Of a stretch of 64,000 bases of DNA, positions 14,205 to 28,490 are shown in pieces. The stretch comes from the human T2T-CHM13v2.0 reference genome, Homo sapiens. The notes beneath the pieces are model-generated. The model worked only from the letters and a program-made list of their open reading frames with translations. It had not been told where the DNA came from and made no database searches. Each line of letters opens with the position of its first letter. Within the stretch, counting starts at the first letter, position 1. The position numbers and the translations under genes were made by a program. The stretch lies in NCBI RefSeq assembly GCF_009914755.1, contig NC_060925.1; one strand, written 5' to 3'.

Positions 14205-14735
14205 AAGCGTCTATGAAAAGCATCCCAGGGAAAATAGAAAAGTCACTAACTGAGGGATTTGCCTCTGCATGTCTTTTGTTAAGCAAGCTGATGGTAATTT
14301 GGGGAAAGAAATGCAAATGCATTCAATTTAACAAAATTAATATTTATTTTCTATAAACAAACCCAGTAGAATTCTCAGTGGGCACATATTTCGACATCAG
14401 AATTTAACATTAAGTATTAATTCTGCATTTCAGAATCTGTGTAAATCCAAATGCTAAGATGTGTATGAGGACAGATCCCATTTACTCATCAGGTCTCATA
14501 TGGGCCATAACAATAAAAAGAACGCAGGGAACTCCCTGTTACATGGCAGGACTTGAGAATGGACTGTTCTGGTTAGTAAATACACAGATTGCCAATTTTT
14601 AAATAGTTATGTTCAAAGAACATGTAAAAAAGGATTAACACTAAAAGTTCCATGACCTTATTTTAAACTAGTTTTGATCATTCAAGACTCACAAGACAAA
14701 GTAAATGAGTAATTATTAAATAATCTAATTACCAT

Positions 14736-15084
14736 ATTATTAGTTCATTTTCATGCTGCTGATAAAGACATACCTGAAACTGGGGACAAAAAGGGGTTTA
14801 ATTGGGCTTACAGCTCCACATGGCTGAGGAGGTCTCAGAATCATGGTGGGAGGAGAAAGGCACTTCTTACATGGCAGTGGAAAGAGAAAATGAGGAAGAA
14901 GCAAAAGCAGAAACCCCTGATAAACCCATCAGATCTCATGAGTCTTACTATCACGAGAATAGCATAGGAAAGACCAATCCCCTGATTCAATTACCTCTCC
15001 TTTGGTCCCTCCCACAACATGTGGGAATTCTGGGAAATACAATTCAAGTTGAGATTTGGCTGGGGACACAGCCAAACCATATCA
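14736..15084 (-). mobile_element. THE1 (B/C-like) MaLR solo LTR
   Basis: CATGCTGCTGATAAAGACATACC...GGGGACACAGCCAAACCATATCA; near-TSD CCATA/CCATG. Confidence 0.92.
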
Positions 15085-15739
15085 CCATGGAATATTAAAA
15101 AAAAAAAAAAAAAAAAAAAGAAGTAAAGGAGACAATCTTTGTCCTGAAGTACAAAGCAATTTGTTGGAGAGGTAAGATTTTCACTGATCACAATAGAAAA
15201 CAAAAATGTTATCATCAAGGGCCTCAGAATTACCTTTGGAAAAACCAACTCTCATATACCAGGTTGGCAGGAGCAGTTAAAGATTATCTGATGAAAGAAT
15301 GCTAAATAATAACATTTTTACTCTTTAATTCTTTTGAGTGTCTTTCCATTTCACCAAATTGATCAGCTGTTATAAATCTCAGCTATAATTAGCTTCATGG
15401 ACATCATACACAAAGGAAAAGTGAAATCACTCCCTTCTACAAAATATAAATGTCTTTGACCCACCCTAATCTCACTGGTATATTCACACACACACACACA
15501 CAAAGTTACTACAAAGTCATAAACCTTTCCAGTTGGACTCCTTAACTCTGTTTTATTACGAATGATGTCATGCGCTACTCCTTAGTTTACTTTTTAAAAA
15601 TTTGCTTTTTTACATTTCTTTCCCCATAGAAGCATCTAACCATAAAGATAGCCTGCTCATTAGAGGCCCATCCAGTAGGTTTCAAATACATGAGGGAGAA
15701 GGCCAGAGAGGTGGGGAGAGGCCAGCTGATTCAGATGAA

Positions 15740-15960
15740 AACAACAATAGCTCCCATTTATGAAGCACTTCAACATGCAGGCACCCTGCTGAACCCTTAA
15801 CAGATATCTCATTTAATTCTCACAACAAATCCGAGGTGTAGATTTTATTATCTTCATTTAGTGATTAGGAAGCTAGAGTTTGAATGGTTCAGTAATTGAT
15901 CTAAGATGAAAATGCTTCGCTTCACACCTAGGTCTATCTAAGTCCCTTTCCCTGCTTTCA
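15740..15960 (-). mobile_element. MIR relic
   Basis: ATAGCTCCCATTTATGAAGCACTT..TCTCATTTAATTCTCACAACAA. Confidence 0.7.
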
Positions 15961-16767
15961 TCCATTCCACAGAAATTGAAAAAAAGTGCACAGATTCAAA
16001 ACTTCAAATCCTATTAGCCAACAGGCAATTGGTTTACAGTACGCAAATGTCTTAGCAGGAATTCTCATGAAAATAACTTTCCCTTCTCCACTTTGAATTA
16101 GTCCTTTGGAGCTTTTAAACTTAAAATCATAAGTTTCCTTTTACTAAGGGTCAGCCCTGGAAAAATATCTTTCCACCCCACAAAACGAGCTCCCTTTTGG
16201 GATTCCCAAGCTGAAGTTGATTTCCTAAATTTACCAAATGTTTATTCTCATTACTGTTTTATGTCCTCTGATTGAGGAAGTTCTCCCTTTCCAAAGACGT
16301 AATATTCCCAACAAGATCCCACTGCTTCTCTGTGAGAAACATGGCAGGAGAATTATTGCTATACCTTTAAATGTGTTATTTTTGCCAGCTAAAAAGAGAA
16401 ACTTCAACAATGTCATCCCCTCCCTCATCAGGCTTTCTTTCTTTCCAAATGCATAACAGGAACCCACAGAGGGTAACCTGCTGATTCCCTTGAAGCAAGA
16501 GGCTCACAGAACAAAGGTTTAAATTTCTGTTATTTATCCCTTCTTTCATTGATGATAAAGTACATCCCCACAGTTATCTCTATCTTCTCACCCACCAAAG
16601 TAAAAAAACATAGGCTTGAGGCAGGGAGTTGGGGGTTGGAGTCACTATAAAAGAATACTAAATCACCAAAGTAGTGCATCTGCAGAGAGCAGAATGCTTC
16701 TAGAATATTGCCATCGTTACAACAACTATTATTATCTCAATAGATGTGTATAGAAAACACCATGCTT

Positions 16768-16871
16768 GGCACATGTATACATATGTAACTAACCTGCACA
16801 TTGTGCACATGTACCCTAAAACTTAAAGTATAATAATAATAAAATTAAATTAAAAATTAAAAAAAAAGAAA
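16768..16871 (+). mobile_element. Extremely 5'-truncated young L1PA 3' end with A-rich tail
   Basis: GGCACATGTATACATATGTAACTAACCTGCACATTGTGCACATGTACCCTAAAACTTAAAGTATAAT; perfect 16-bp TSD AGAAAACACCATGCTT at 16752-16767 and 16872-16887. Confidence 0.97.
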
Positions 16872-17310
16872 AGAAAACACCATGCTTAGAAAATTAAAGA
16901 AAAACTCATTGAATTAGAATGACTTCCCCATGGCCATATAGCTAGAAAATAGCAAAATATGGATATGGTGTCTTACCAGCTTGAAGCTGCCTGACTCCAC
17001 ACCCAGTGTTCTCCCCAGTGTGTCCACCATAGTAAAGAGGTAGTGAGCATTTCCCCTGGTAAGTTCTGATTGGACCCATGGTTGCATTATAGCAAAATAT
17101 GGCTCTTAATAATCAGTGCCATTTAAATTAATACCCCAGATTTACAACCACCATCTCAGCCATTATATGTTATGATACTACTCTATCACTAAGTTCTTTC
17201 TAAACTGAAATGTAACCCTTTCGTCATTTCTCTATTCAAATAATTTCACCGTAATGTCCCATTATTATATGATCAAGTTCATATTCTTTGGTGAGTATTT
17301 AAGGCTCTTC

Positions 17311-19140
<1,830 letters not shown>

Positions 19141-19344
19141 AAAAGCCCTTCATTTTTAAACAGGGGCTTAGGGGCACTGAATTCCTGTGGGTTCTCCTGG
19201 TTGACTAAGCTGGAATAGACTGGTGAGCCAGAGGGACCTTCAACCTAGACATGAGGCAACTCTAAGCTGAATGACAGGTTTATTCTCTCTATTTTTGGTA
19301 TATTTAAATTTTATAAAATGAAACATATTTTAAAAAATTATCCC

Positions 19345-19679
19345 CTAACAGTACAGTATTTATCCAGCTCCAGGTTTTCATGTTCCACCTTCATATTATT
19401 ATTTTGTAATATCTTATACAATATTTTTCTTTCTATTGACTTTAAACCGATCCACTATTTTACCAAGATTTGTACTAATGATAATACTAATGATAATACT
19501 CAAGATTTGTACTAATGATAATACTAATGTTATCACAGGTTTGATGAACTAGTGTTGTCATTTTCTAATATACATTAAGATCAGTGTGTAACTATCAAAA
19601 GAAAAATATTTCTGCCAGTACAATTTGTAGCAATTATTCAGATCAACAACTATATACAGACCCTATTTTGGGAAACACC
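19345..19679. mobile_element. Probable hAT-Charlie DNA transposon relic
   Basis: Ends TTTTGGGAAACAC, resembling a Charlie-type terminal inverted repeat; AT-rich. Confidence 0.4.
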
Positions 19680-19914
19680 AACAGGAAAAAAGTTAACAAT
19701 CACAAGTCTTTCAATTAGACTGAAACAAAAGGAACACTGAGGAGGGGAGCAAATACTGCCTTTATAAAGTGTTATGGGACCAAGCTGAGAAAGACCTCGA
19801 ATGCCAAGTCCTTTGGTGGTAACATCTCAACTACTGAAGAAATGAAATTATCAGCCAGGGAAATGGGATTATCAGAGCTACACTTGAGAGAAAGCAATGA
19901 GTTACAATGTGTAA

Positions 19915-20568
19915 TAACTGAAATCCTGATCTTCCCCCACCCCCAAAATATGCTCCTCTCAGGATCTTCCCCTTTCAGTTAAGTGACAGCCCCTTCCCGC
20001 CTCCATTCTCCCAGTTGCTCAGGCTGAAATCCTTGTCTCTTTTTCCCAGTCATCCACAGCCCATCCATCAGCAAACCCTTTTGGTTTTACTTTCCAAATA
20101 GAACCAGCCTTTTCTCACCATTTCTACAAGTACCACCAACTACAAAAAAGCATCATCTTTTTAATTTTTTTTTTTATTTTTTAGGAGCAGGGTCTCACTC
20201 TGTCACCACGGCTGGAGTGCAGTGGTGCAATCATAGTTCACTGCAACCTCAAACTTCCAGGCTCAAGCAATCTTCCTGAGTAGCTAGGACTACGGGGCGT
20301 GCCACCATGCCCAGCTAATATTTTTATTTTTTGTGTGTAGAGACTAGGTCTCACAATATTGCCTGGGCTGGTCTTGAACTCCTGGCCTCAATGGATCTTT
20401 CTGCCCCAGCCTCCCAAAGCGCTGGGATTACAGGCATAAGCCACCACACCAGGCCTCATTTGTCTCTTGCTCGTAGTATTAAATAGCCTCCTAATGGCTT
20501 CCTGCTTCCTTCTTATCTCCTCTGCAGTCCTTTCTCCACAAAGCAGCAAGAAGTATCTCTTTTTTAAA
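19915..20568 (+). mobile_element. L2 fragment interrupted by AluJ
   Basis: CCAGTTGCTCAGGC..ATCCATCAGCAAACCC..; resumes AATAGCCTCCTAATGG..TCTCCACAAAGCAGCAAG. Confidence 0.75.
20158..20455 (-). mobile_element. AluJ
   Basis: Alu dimer with J diagnostics and a short internal deletion. Confidence 0.92.
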
Positions 20569-20569
20569 T

Positions 20570-21420
20570 AAAATACTTGTGTGTGTATTTTATAAAAACA
20601 CGTGGCCTTACATAATCTCAGCACAATTATCAAAATCAAGAAAATTAGCACTGATAGGATACTATTATCTAATCCCCAGTTGATAGTCATATGTAATTGA
20701 TTGTCCCAATAATGTCCTTTAATAGCTCCCACCTACCCCAGTGCAAGATCCAGTTCTATATCACATCGTGTATTTATCTGTTATGGCTCTTTGTTCCCGT
20801 TTAATCTGAAATGATTCCTTAGCCAATTTTTTTGTTTCTTAGCCTGAATATTTATTTAAAAAAATATAAACCAGTTATTTTGGAGAAGGCTTCCCAGTCT
20901 GAATTTTTCTGATATTTCTCCATGATTAGGATTCAGGTAATGCCTTCTGGAGGGCAGAAAAACCATGAAAGAGATGTGGTGCCCTCAGTGCTTCCTTTCC
21001 AGAAGCACACAACGCTAGTTTGTCTATTTTTCGTCATATTAATGGTGATTCTTTATGAACATCTGACAATGTTCTTCAACCATAAGTACGTTCCTGCTTT
21101 CTCCCCCGTACTTCCTTTGCAGGTAAATACCTTAAGGTTATGCAAGTAACTGTTCAATCATCAAACTTTCAATCACTAGTTTTGGCATCCATTGATAATT
21201 TTCTAAATTCACTGTCCCTTCTACATTTATGAATTGGCAATACAATGTAAGGAGAAACATTTTTGTCCCTCCAATTTATTTATTTATTCACCCATTCATT
21301 CATTTACCTTAGTACAAACTCATAAACCTTAACTGAATTTATTGGTTTATAATCCCAATTTTATGCTAAAATTGGTCCAGATTTGGTAAATAAAACCTCT
21401 TTAAGCTAGTTGCTATGTCC
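20570..21420 (-). mobile_element. Old L1MC/ME 3' region
   Basis: CACAATTATCAAAATCAAGAAAATTAGCACTGATA..TTGTCCCAATAATGTCCTTT antisense L1MC-like motifs. Confidence 0.7.
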
Positions 21421-21425
21421 TGTTT

Positions 21426-22452
21426 ATTATTATTATTATTATTGTTATTATTATTATACTTTAAGCTCTGGGATACATGTGCAGAACGTGCAGGTTTGTT
21501 ACATAGCTGCACACATGCCATGGTGGTTTGCTGCACCCATCAACCCGTCATCTACATTAGGTATTTCTCCTAATGCTATCCCTCCCCTACCCCCAACCCC
21601 AGACAGGCCTAAAACCATAAAAACCCTAGAAGAAAACCTGGGCAATACCATTCAGGACATAGGCATGGGCAAAGACTTCATGACTAAAACACCAAAAGCA
21701 ATGGCAACAAAAGCAAAAATTGACAAATGGGATCTAATTAAACTAAAGAGCTTCTGCACAGCAAAAGTAACTATCATCAGAGTGAACAGACAACCTACAG
21801 AATGGGAGAGAAAATTTTTGCGATCTATCCATTTGACAATGGGCTAATATTCAGAATCTACAAGGAACTTAATTGAATTTACAAGAAAAAAACAAACAAC
21901 CCCATAAAAAAGTGGGTGAAGGATATGAACAGACATTTCTCAAAAGAAGACATTTATGCGGCCAACAAACATATGAAAAAAAGCTCATCATCACTGGTCA
22001 TTAGAGAAATGCAATTCAAAACCACAGTGAGATACCATCACATGCCAGTTAGAATGGCGATCATTAAAAGGTCAGGAAACAACAGATGCTGGAGAGGATG
22101 TGGAGAAATAGGAATGCTTTTACACTGTTGGTGGGAGTGTAAATTAGTTCAACCATTGTGGAAGACAGTGTGGCGATTCCTCAAGGATCTAAACCAGAAA
22201 TACCTTTTGACCCAGCAATCAGATTACTGGGTATATACCCAAAGGATTATAAATCATTCTACTATAAAGACACATGCACACGTATGTTTACTGCAGCACT
22301 GTTCACAATAACAAAGACTTGGAACCAACCCAAATGCCTATCCATGATAGACTGGATAAAGAAAATGTGGCACGTATACAACATGGAATACTATGCAGCC
22401 ATAAAAAAAGACGGGTTCATGTCCTTTGCAGGGACATGGATGAAGCTGGAAA
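21426..22452 (-). mobile_element. 5'-inverted (twin-primed) L1PA7-like insertion
   Basis: Antisense tail and 3'UTR at 21426-21609, then sense ORF2 end at 21605-22452; degenerate TSD CTATGTCCTGTTT / CTATGTTCTTTTT. Confidence 0.9.
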
Positions 22453-22479
22453 CTATGTTCTTTTTTTCAAAAAAAATGA

Positions 22480-23560
22480 ACTTTTTATTTTGGAATAATT
22501 TTATATTTATAGAAAAGTTACAAAGATGGTAGAGAGCTCACATATACCCCTTACCCAACTTCTCCCACTATAACCATTTTACATTACCATGGCACTGTTC
22601 TCAAAACTAAGTAACCAGCAGTGGTACATTACTATTAACTACACTCCAGACTTTATTAAGGTTTACCACTTTTTCCACTAAGGCCCTTTCTCTGCTCCAG
22701 GATCCAAGGCAGTGTGCCATGTTGCATTTTGTCCTCGTGTCATCTTAGTCTACTCTACTCTCACAGTTGTTCAGTCTTGCCTTGTATTTCATGACCTCAA
22801 AAGTTCTGAGAAGTACTGGTCAGGTAATTTTTAGAATATACCTCAATACAGGTTCATCATATGTTTTCATCATGATTCAACATGGATTATGGGATCTGGA
22901 AAAGAATACCACAGAGATGAGGTCCTCTCGTCATCATAGCAAAACAGGAAGTAGTGTGGTAGCAACATGACTTATTACTGGTGATGTTAAACTTGATCAT
23001 TTTGGTTAAAGTAGTGTTTGCCAGTTTTCTCCACTGTAAAGTTACTATTTTCCCCTTTCTATATCTACTCACTGGAAATCAGTCACTATGTCCAGTTCAC
23101 ACTTTTGGAGAGTGAGGAGAGGGTAGATTATACACACATACTATCTGAAATTCTTCTGTAATGAAAATTTATTGCTCATCCTTCATTAATTTGATTATTC
23201 AATTATTTATGTATAGCAACATAGGCTTATGTACATTTATTTTATACTTGTGTTATAATTCAATGCTACATTTAAAAAAAAATTACTGTTTAAATTCTTC
23301 CAGTTTTGGCCCCCAGGAGCTCTTTCAGGTTAGTATGTCTGTCCCATGCATGCCTACATGCTTTTACTTTCTGAGCACTTCCTTATTTCCTGACACTACA
23401 AGACTCTCCAGGCTCATCTTGTATTTTTCGCACTCTTGCCCTAGAATCAGCCATGTCTCCAAAAAGCCCTGGCCCCTTTCACTGAAAAACAATCTTTAGA
23501 AAAAGCAAGATCTGAGTGTTCAGCGTGCTCATTGCTCCTGGGGTGGCACTGGCTCTAGAC
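22480..23560 (-). mobile_element. Old L1MB/L1MC 3' region
   Basis: TTTTATTTTGGAATAATTTTATATTTATAGAAAAGTTACAAAGAT..; TTTCTCCACTGTAAAGTTACTATTTT; CCAGGCTCATCTTGTATTT. Confidence 0.8.
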
Positions 23561-24162
23561 CAAGAAACTTCCTTTTAAACCATAAGCGAGAGAGGCATGG
23601 TGGTGAGAGATGAGGCTTGAACACCCACTGGGTTTTTGTTGTGCTGATCTCAGTAAGGACCAAAGCAGTAATTTACATTCTAGATCCTCTGGGAAAACAG
23701 AATAAATCCCACAGATGAGTTAGTTGGGAGAAAAACATGAACATAGGTGATGCAGTGCATGCCAGAATTGAGAGAACTAGATGAAAAAGGAGTGTGCAAG
23801 GACAGGCCTGGTGTATGCCTGTGCCCAGTGAAATTATAAATCGCATGCTCTTTGCACCCAAAAGTGTCCCCATTTGGACTACAAATTACCTGGTCAACTT
23901 AGAAACTGCCTTGAAGATGAGATTTGTGATAGCTGAGCCACTGATTAAGAATATTACAATGTTTTGCTGTGTCAAACAATGTAATCATTCCTTTGCACAT
24001 TTTATAGAAATTTTTATAAAGATTTAAACCATATTTCAGTGTTTCTTGGATGTCAAATGTGCCTCCGTTAAATGTGCTTCTTTTCTCTTTGGCACCTAGC
24101 TGTCCTCCCCAGGCTAAGCCCTCCCTCCAAAGAGGAAAAGAGCTCCATCTGAAAAATCCATT

Positions 24163-24834
24163 TGCTACAAGAGATAGAAAGAAGTTATTTAGGCAGATAG
24201 TATGGGTAAGAGAGTCCTCAGCAGAATTTCCCTTTTAATGAAAAACAGCCTCAAACTCGTTTCTTTTCTAACAACTGCCTGAAAAATCGAGCTGCAGACA
24301 TAGATACAAGCAAGCTAGAAGCTTGCACAGGTGAATGCTGGCAGCTGTGCCAATAGGAAAGGGCTACCTGAGAGCCAGGCATGTTCCACATGGAGGCTCT
24401 ATCTTCCCTTTTCTTTGTCACCACGTGTACAGTAAGGAAACAGGCAACATGGCATCAGCCAGATAGAGAACCCATCTGCATAATAAAAGATTAGGGTGGG
24501 GTGGCCAGCTTTTTCATGCCCTATGCAAATGGCACATCTAGCCCTAACCAGTTTTTCGCACCCTATGCAAATGACACACCTGGTCCAACCAATCTTTTGT
24601 GCCCTATGTAAATCCAATACCACCTCCTCAAGCTCATCTATAAAACCTGATGCATTTCACAATGGACCAGAAAACCTGCTCGGGACCCCTCTCTCTGCAG
24701 GAGAGAGCTCTTCTCTTTCTTTCACCTATTAAACCTCTGCTCTTAACCTCACTGCTCGTGTGTCCGTATCTTTGATTTCTTTGGCGTGGGACACTGAACC
24801 TCGGGTATTACCCCAGATGAATGATGCTGCTTTG
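24163..24834 (+). mobile_element. ERV1 solo LTR, LTR9 family
   Basis: TG..AAGAAGTTATTTAGGCAGATAG start; octamer repeats; CTATAAAA at 24638; ATTAAA at 24728; 4-bp TSD CATT at 24159-24162 and 24835-24838. Confidence 0.85.
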
Positions 24835-24942
24835 CATTGTTTCTATAGTCAATTGACCTCATCAATTGTGCTCAGTTTATAATCTCTGAACTTTTTCTAC
24901 CTGAGGCCCTTTTGGTGTCCTAGGAGAAGATATGACGAATAG

Positions 24943-25266
<324 letters not shown>

Positions 25267-26324
25267 AACAAATTTACCTTCTAACCATCTTTTCTCGCTT
25301 ACCCCATCCTCTTTCAGCTTGACCTGTATCTTGGGTAACATCTTAACCTTATGTCCACAGCTTCCTCCACTGTGTGTCCTCGCTTCACTTCAACACACCA
25401 TCTTGAAGGACACAGGACACAGGTAGCATGGGAAGTAAGCTTCATGCAAGGATCTAGAGTTCAGATTTTGACATTTGAAACCACTACTGTTTATGCAGCA
25501 AGAAAAAGAAAAAGTTTTCTTCTTAGATTAAAAAAAAAAAAGGCAGAGCAAACTATACAGTGTAATTTGAAAACTCCAGCTGTCCACCCAACAAGAAAAA
25601 GGAGTCCAGTAATTCCTGGCAATGACAGAAATTTGGTGAATGTACATAGTGCTAAATTTGGAATCTAGCTGAACACTCATTTTTAAATTGGTTTTATGAA
25701 ACAATGCTTGCTCTAGAAAGTGTGGTCCTAGAAAATTTAATCAACTGCAAAAGAACCAATAGAGTTTGTGAAGGCTTGACAATTAAATCGTTTTAAATAT
25801 TTAACTAAAAGGGTCTCCTGGTTTCTTTCAAAGTTGTACCAGCAAGGGTTACCTAAGTGCAAGCAAGCCCAGGTGACATTTTTATATTTCCAGGAAACTC
25901 TTGTGCCAGGATTCAGCCCTTAGAGAATGATCAAATCTTCATTAAAACTCCCAAAAGTAGGAATTGAGACCAGGAAATAAGACATTCTCACTCCACCAGT
26001 GTGTTTAGTGCCAGAGCTCAAACTGTGAGAGCTGCTCAGGAAAAGGTCTTAGACCTGGCAAAGGATGTGTTGTAAAAACCCACAGCCCCCATAGCGACCT
26101 GCCCCATTTCCTGCAGAAAGAGGCAAGGACCTGCCCAGAGCCAGAGGTCAGAAGGTAGCTGTGGAGTAGCCCTGCTCAAGTGGCCTCCTTAACCTGGTGT
26201 CCTGAGAATGTGGCTCAGAGCCAAGCCTGGGAAAATCTGGAGAGTCCATCTGAGGTTCAAGGTACAGTCCCTTCCTCTCACCACCTCCTTCTTTTGGGGG
26301 GCTGTGGTCGGGAGGGTGGTTTCA

Positions 26325-26606
26325 GGAAGCAGGGTCTTGCTCTGATACCCTGGCTGAGTGCAGGGGCACAATCACAGCCCACTGGGGCCTCAACTTCTTG
26401 GACTCAGGTGATCCTTCCACTTCAGAATCCCGAGTAGCTGGGACTACAGACATGCGCCACCCTGCCTGGCTAATTTTTTTATTTTTTGTAGAGATGTGGT
26501 CTCGCTATGTTGCCCAAACTGGTCTCCAACTCCTGGGTTCAAGTAGTCCTCCCACTTCAGCCTCCCGAAGTGCTGGGATTACAGGCATGAGCCATCTTAC
26601 CCAGCC
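26325..26606 (-). mobile_element. AluJ, tail eroded
   Basis: Divergent Alu dimer with J diagnostics. Confidence 0.88.
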
Positions 26607-26814
26607 TCTTTCTTCAAACTCAGGACCAGGCTCTACCCTGGAGTGACTGTACCAATGGCAGGTATCAGAATCAATTTATTTTCATGCTTCACCTTTTCAT
26701 GCTTCACCTGCCTATGTTCACAATTCAGAGCAATAATTCCAATGAGAGTTTCATCATCACCTCTCTATTTTTCACTGATGGTGTTGTCATTATTGGGGTT
26801 AGGGCAAAGTGGGG

Positions 26815-27262
26815 CATAATAGCAAAGACATGAATTCAACTTAAGTGTCCATCGACAGAGGATTGGATAAAGAAAATGTAGCATATATACACAAAAGAAT
26901 ATACACTGCCATAAAAGAGAACGAAATCACATCTTTTGCTGCAACATGGATGGACCTAGAGGTCATTACCGTAAGTAAAAACATCTCAGAAACAAAGCCA
27001 AATACCGCATGTTCTCACTTAAAAGTGGGTGCTAAATAACATGTACACATGGACGTAGAGTGTGCAATAATAGTCACTGGAGACTCAAAAGGGTGGAGAG
27101 GTGGGAGGGGTGAGGAATGAGAAATTAATTACTTGATGGGCATGACGTAGGTTATTTGGGTGATGGTTACACTAAAAGCTGAGACTTTACCATTGTGTAA
27201 TATATCCATGTTAAAAAAAAAACTGCACCTATACCCTTTAAATTTATACAAATTTTATAAGA
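26815..27262 (+). mobile_element. L1MA-type 3' end
   Basis: GCAACATGGATGGACCTAGAGG..CATGTTCTCACTT..GGGTGATGGTTACACTAAAAGC. Confidence 0.85.
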
Positions 27263-27319
27263 AAGTGAAGAAGTAGAATTGTCAATGAGTGCCAATTGTT
27301 AATCAGGAGACTCTTGTTC

Positions 27320-27690
27320 TGATACTACTACAACTTACCATTGGATTTGAGAGATGTTGCTTAGATTCTTCAGGAGTCAGTTTTCCCATCTATAGAATGA
27401 GAGTCCGGAGCAGGTAAGTATAGTGTAATGGAAAGTCCACAACACTGAGTCACAATTCCTGGTGTGAAACCTAAAGCACCTAATTTAGCCTTCCTTTGCC
27501 TAACTCTCCTTTCATTTAAAATGGAGATAATAAGATCTGTGTTGTCTATTTTTCAGGGCTACTTTGAGGGTCAAATCATGTGAGAGTTCTTTAAAAACTT
27601 TTCAGCGATACATAAACATACAGCGTTACTCTAACTGTTGCTGCTTTACCATTGTCTTCTAAGTTCCCTTTACATTCTAAAATCATGATT
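27320..27690 (+). mobile_element. Nested or adjacent MIR relics
   Basis: Two MIR cores (CAGTTTTCCCATCTATAGAATGAG; TTTAAAATGGAGATAATAA..GAGGGTCAAAT). Confidence 0.6.
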
Positions 27691-27882
27691 TCAAAGTCTT
27701 TCAACATGAAATACTGTACCTGGCATTCCCTTAACTCTTTCATGGTCTTTCATGTATTCAGCCTTGGAATGTGATCTTAGAACAAATGAACCAAAGACAA
27801 CACCAACATCCACCTCTGCTTTCTCGCTCTTTCAAGTTCTAACAGTCGAGAATGTGAATGCTCAGTTACTTAGAATAAAGAT

Positions 27883-27901
27883 CGTCCAGTAGATGGTGCT
27901 G
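27883..27901 (+). promoter_or_regulatory. Candidate CTCF site
   Basis: CGTCCAGTAGATGGTGCTG; 14/15 match to CCASYAGRKGGCRSY in unique DNA. Confidence 0.55.
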
Positions 27902-28264
27902 CTGTCTCTGAAAATGGACTGAGAAACCAAAGCGACTTCATCTTCCCTACTAAAAAGTTTGGAGAATACAGTTGAGGCCAGTCTATGGAGAGCCTTGAGT
28001 GGTAATCAAAGAGTGTTTGAGTTATTGTCTATTCAGTGTGAGGTCAGTCCACAGTGTGAGCCGAAAAAAAACAATGATGAAAGACATTAATTGGAAAAGT
28101 TAATTTGATAGAAAACTAAAGGATAGGATGTAGAAGACAGTGACCTGTTCAAGCGTGAAAAGACAGAAAGGCCTTGAGTTTCCAGAGTCTATAGATAAGT
28201 AATAAAATGCATAACAATAATAACAATAATTTAAGTAATATTAATTTTTAATAAGTTAATATCA

Positions 28265-28490
28265 ACATAATTATTATTATGAAGCACTGTTCTAATCACT
28301 TTACATAATGTTAACTATTTAACCTTCACAATAAAGCTATGAAGGAGGAATTGTTATTATGCCCATATTATAGAGGAGTAAACTGAGGTTGAGTAACTTG
28401 CCCAGAGTCACTCAGCTCATACATGGACTTGAGCTGAGATTCATATCTAAGCAGTAGGCTCCAGAGTGTGTGCTCTGGTGACCTACACTA
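28265..28490 (-). mobile_element. MIR relic
   Basis: GCACTGTTCTAA..AAACTGAGG..GTAACTTGCCCAGAGTCACTCAGCT. Confidence 0.8.
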
